Below, piece after piece: positions 63,401 to 64,000 of a stretch of 64,000 bases of DNA (the first letter of the stretch is position 1; every line of letters begins with the position of its first letter). The position numbers and the translations under genes were made by a program. Source of the stretch: Eledone cirrhosa. Its lineage: Eukaryota. Location of the stretch: positions 418,934,001-418,998,000 of the forward strand of contig OZ024740.1 of the NCBI GenBank assembly GCA_964016885.1, read 5' to 3'. Below the pieces are notes generated by a model. That model made no database searches and was not told where the DNA came from. It saw only the letters and a program-made list of their open reading frames with translations.

Positions 63401-64000
63401 TCATCCAACCTAACTGTTGTGTTCTCACCCAACCTAACTGTTGTGTTCTCATCCAACCTAACTGTTGTGTTCTCATCCAACCTAACTGTTGTGTTCTCAT
63501 CCAACCTAACTGATGTGTTCTCACCCAACCTAACTGTTGTGTTCTCATCCAACCTAACTGTTGTGTTCTCATCCAACCTAACTGTTGTGTTCTCACCCAA
63601 CCTAACTGTTGTGTTCTCATCCAACCTAACTGTTGTGTTCTCACCCAGCCTAACTGAAGTTCTCACCCAACCTAACTGTTGTGTTCTCACCCAACCTAAC
63701 TGTTGTGTTCTCATCCAACCTAACTGAAGTTCTCATCCAACCTAACTGTTGTGTTCTCACCCAACCTAACTGTTGTGTTCTCATCCAAACTAACTGATGT
63801 GTTCTCACCCAACCGAACTGTTGTGTTCTCATCCAACCTAACTGTTGTGTTCTCACCCAACCTAACTGTTGTGTTCTCACCCAACCTAACTGAAGTTCTC
63901 ACCAAACCTAACTGTTGTGTTCTCACCCAACCTAACTGTTGTGTTCTCACCAAACCTAACTGTTGTGTTCTCATCCAAACTAACTGTTGTGTTCTCATCC
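36467..64000. repeat. Large 24/22-bp satellite array (CTAACTGTTGTGTTCTCAYCCAAC / CTAACTGAAGTTCTCAYCCAAC) with higher-order structure
   Basis: Continuous for more than 27 kb to the window end; rare variant blocks recur at kb-scale spacings. Confidence 0.99.

Noticed and set aside
37438-63998. Long ORFs (up to 524 aa) of MRTQQLGW, VRLDENTT, VVFSSNLT and PNCCVLIQ repeats
   Set aside because: These are artefacts of a 24-bp monomer (a multiple of 3) that is open in four frames. The 22-bp variants break frame freely, so there is no sign of coding constraint.
36467-64000. True telomere
   Set aside because: The monomer is 24/22 bp rather than (TTAGGG)n, and strand orientation is wrong for a right-hand chromosome end.

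Overview
This window is repeat-dominated animal genomic DNA; the SINE families and AT/CAT microsatellite density suggest an octopod cephalopod, which is an inference. No host protein-coding gene can be supported. The left 36 kb is a patchwork of transposable elements. It holds one apparently intact, GC-rich L1/Tx1-clade LINE (ORF1 with CCHC knuckle; ORF2 with APE, RT and CCHC) flanked on both sides by (ATT)n, and a 5'-truncated degenerate relative. It also holds many RTE 3' fragments, a CR1-like tail, tRNA-type SINEs, piggyBac-like and mariner-like MITEs, and several Penelope-like relics carrying hammerhead-ribozyme motifs. A 3.6 kb minisatellite (31.3-34.9 kb) is a tandem amplification of the 'DSVPH' motif of a fossil R4/Dong-type reverse transcriptase whose flanking RT sequence is still readable on both sides. 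From about 36.47 kb to the window end lies a >27 kb 24/22-bp satellite with a TTAGG-containing strand and nested kb-scale higher-order repeats. All long ORFs inside that satellite are artefacts of the repeat period. Family assignments rest on motif recognition, not database searches.
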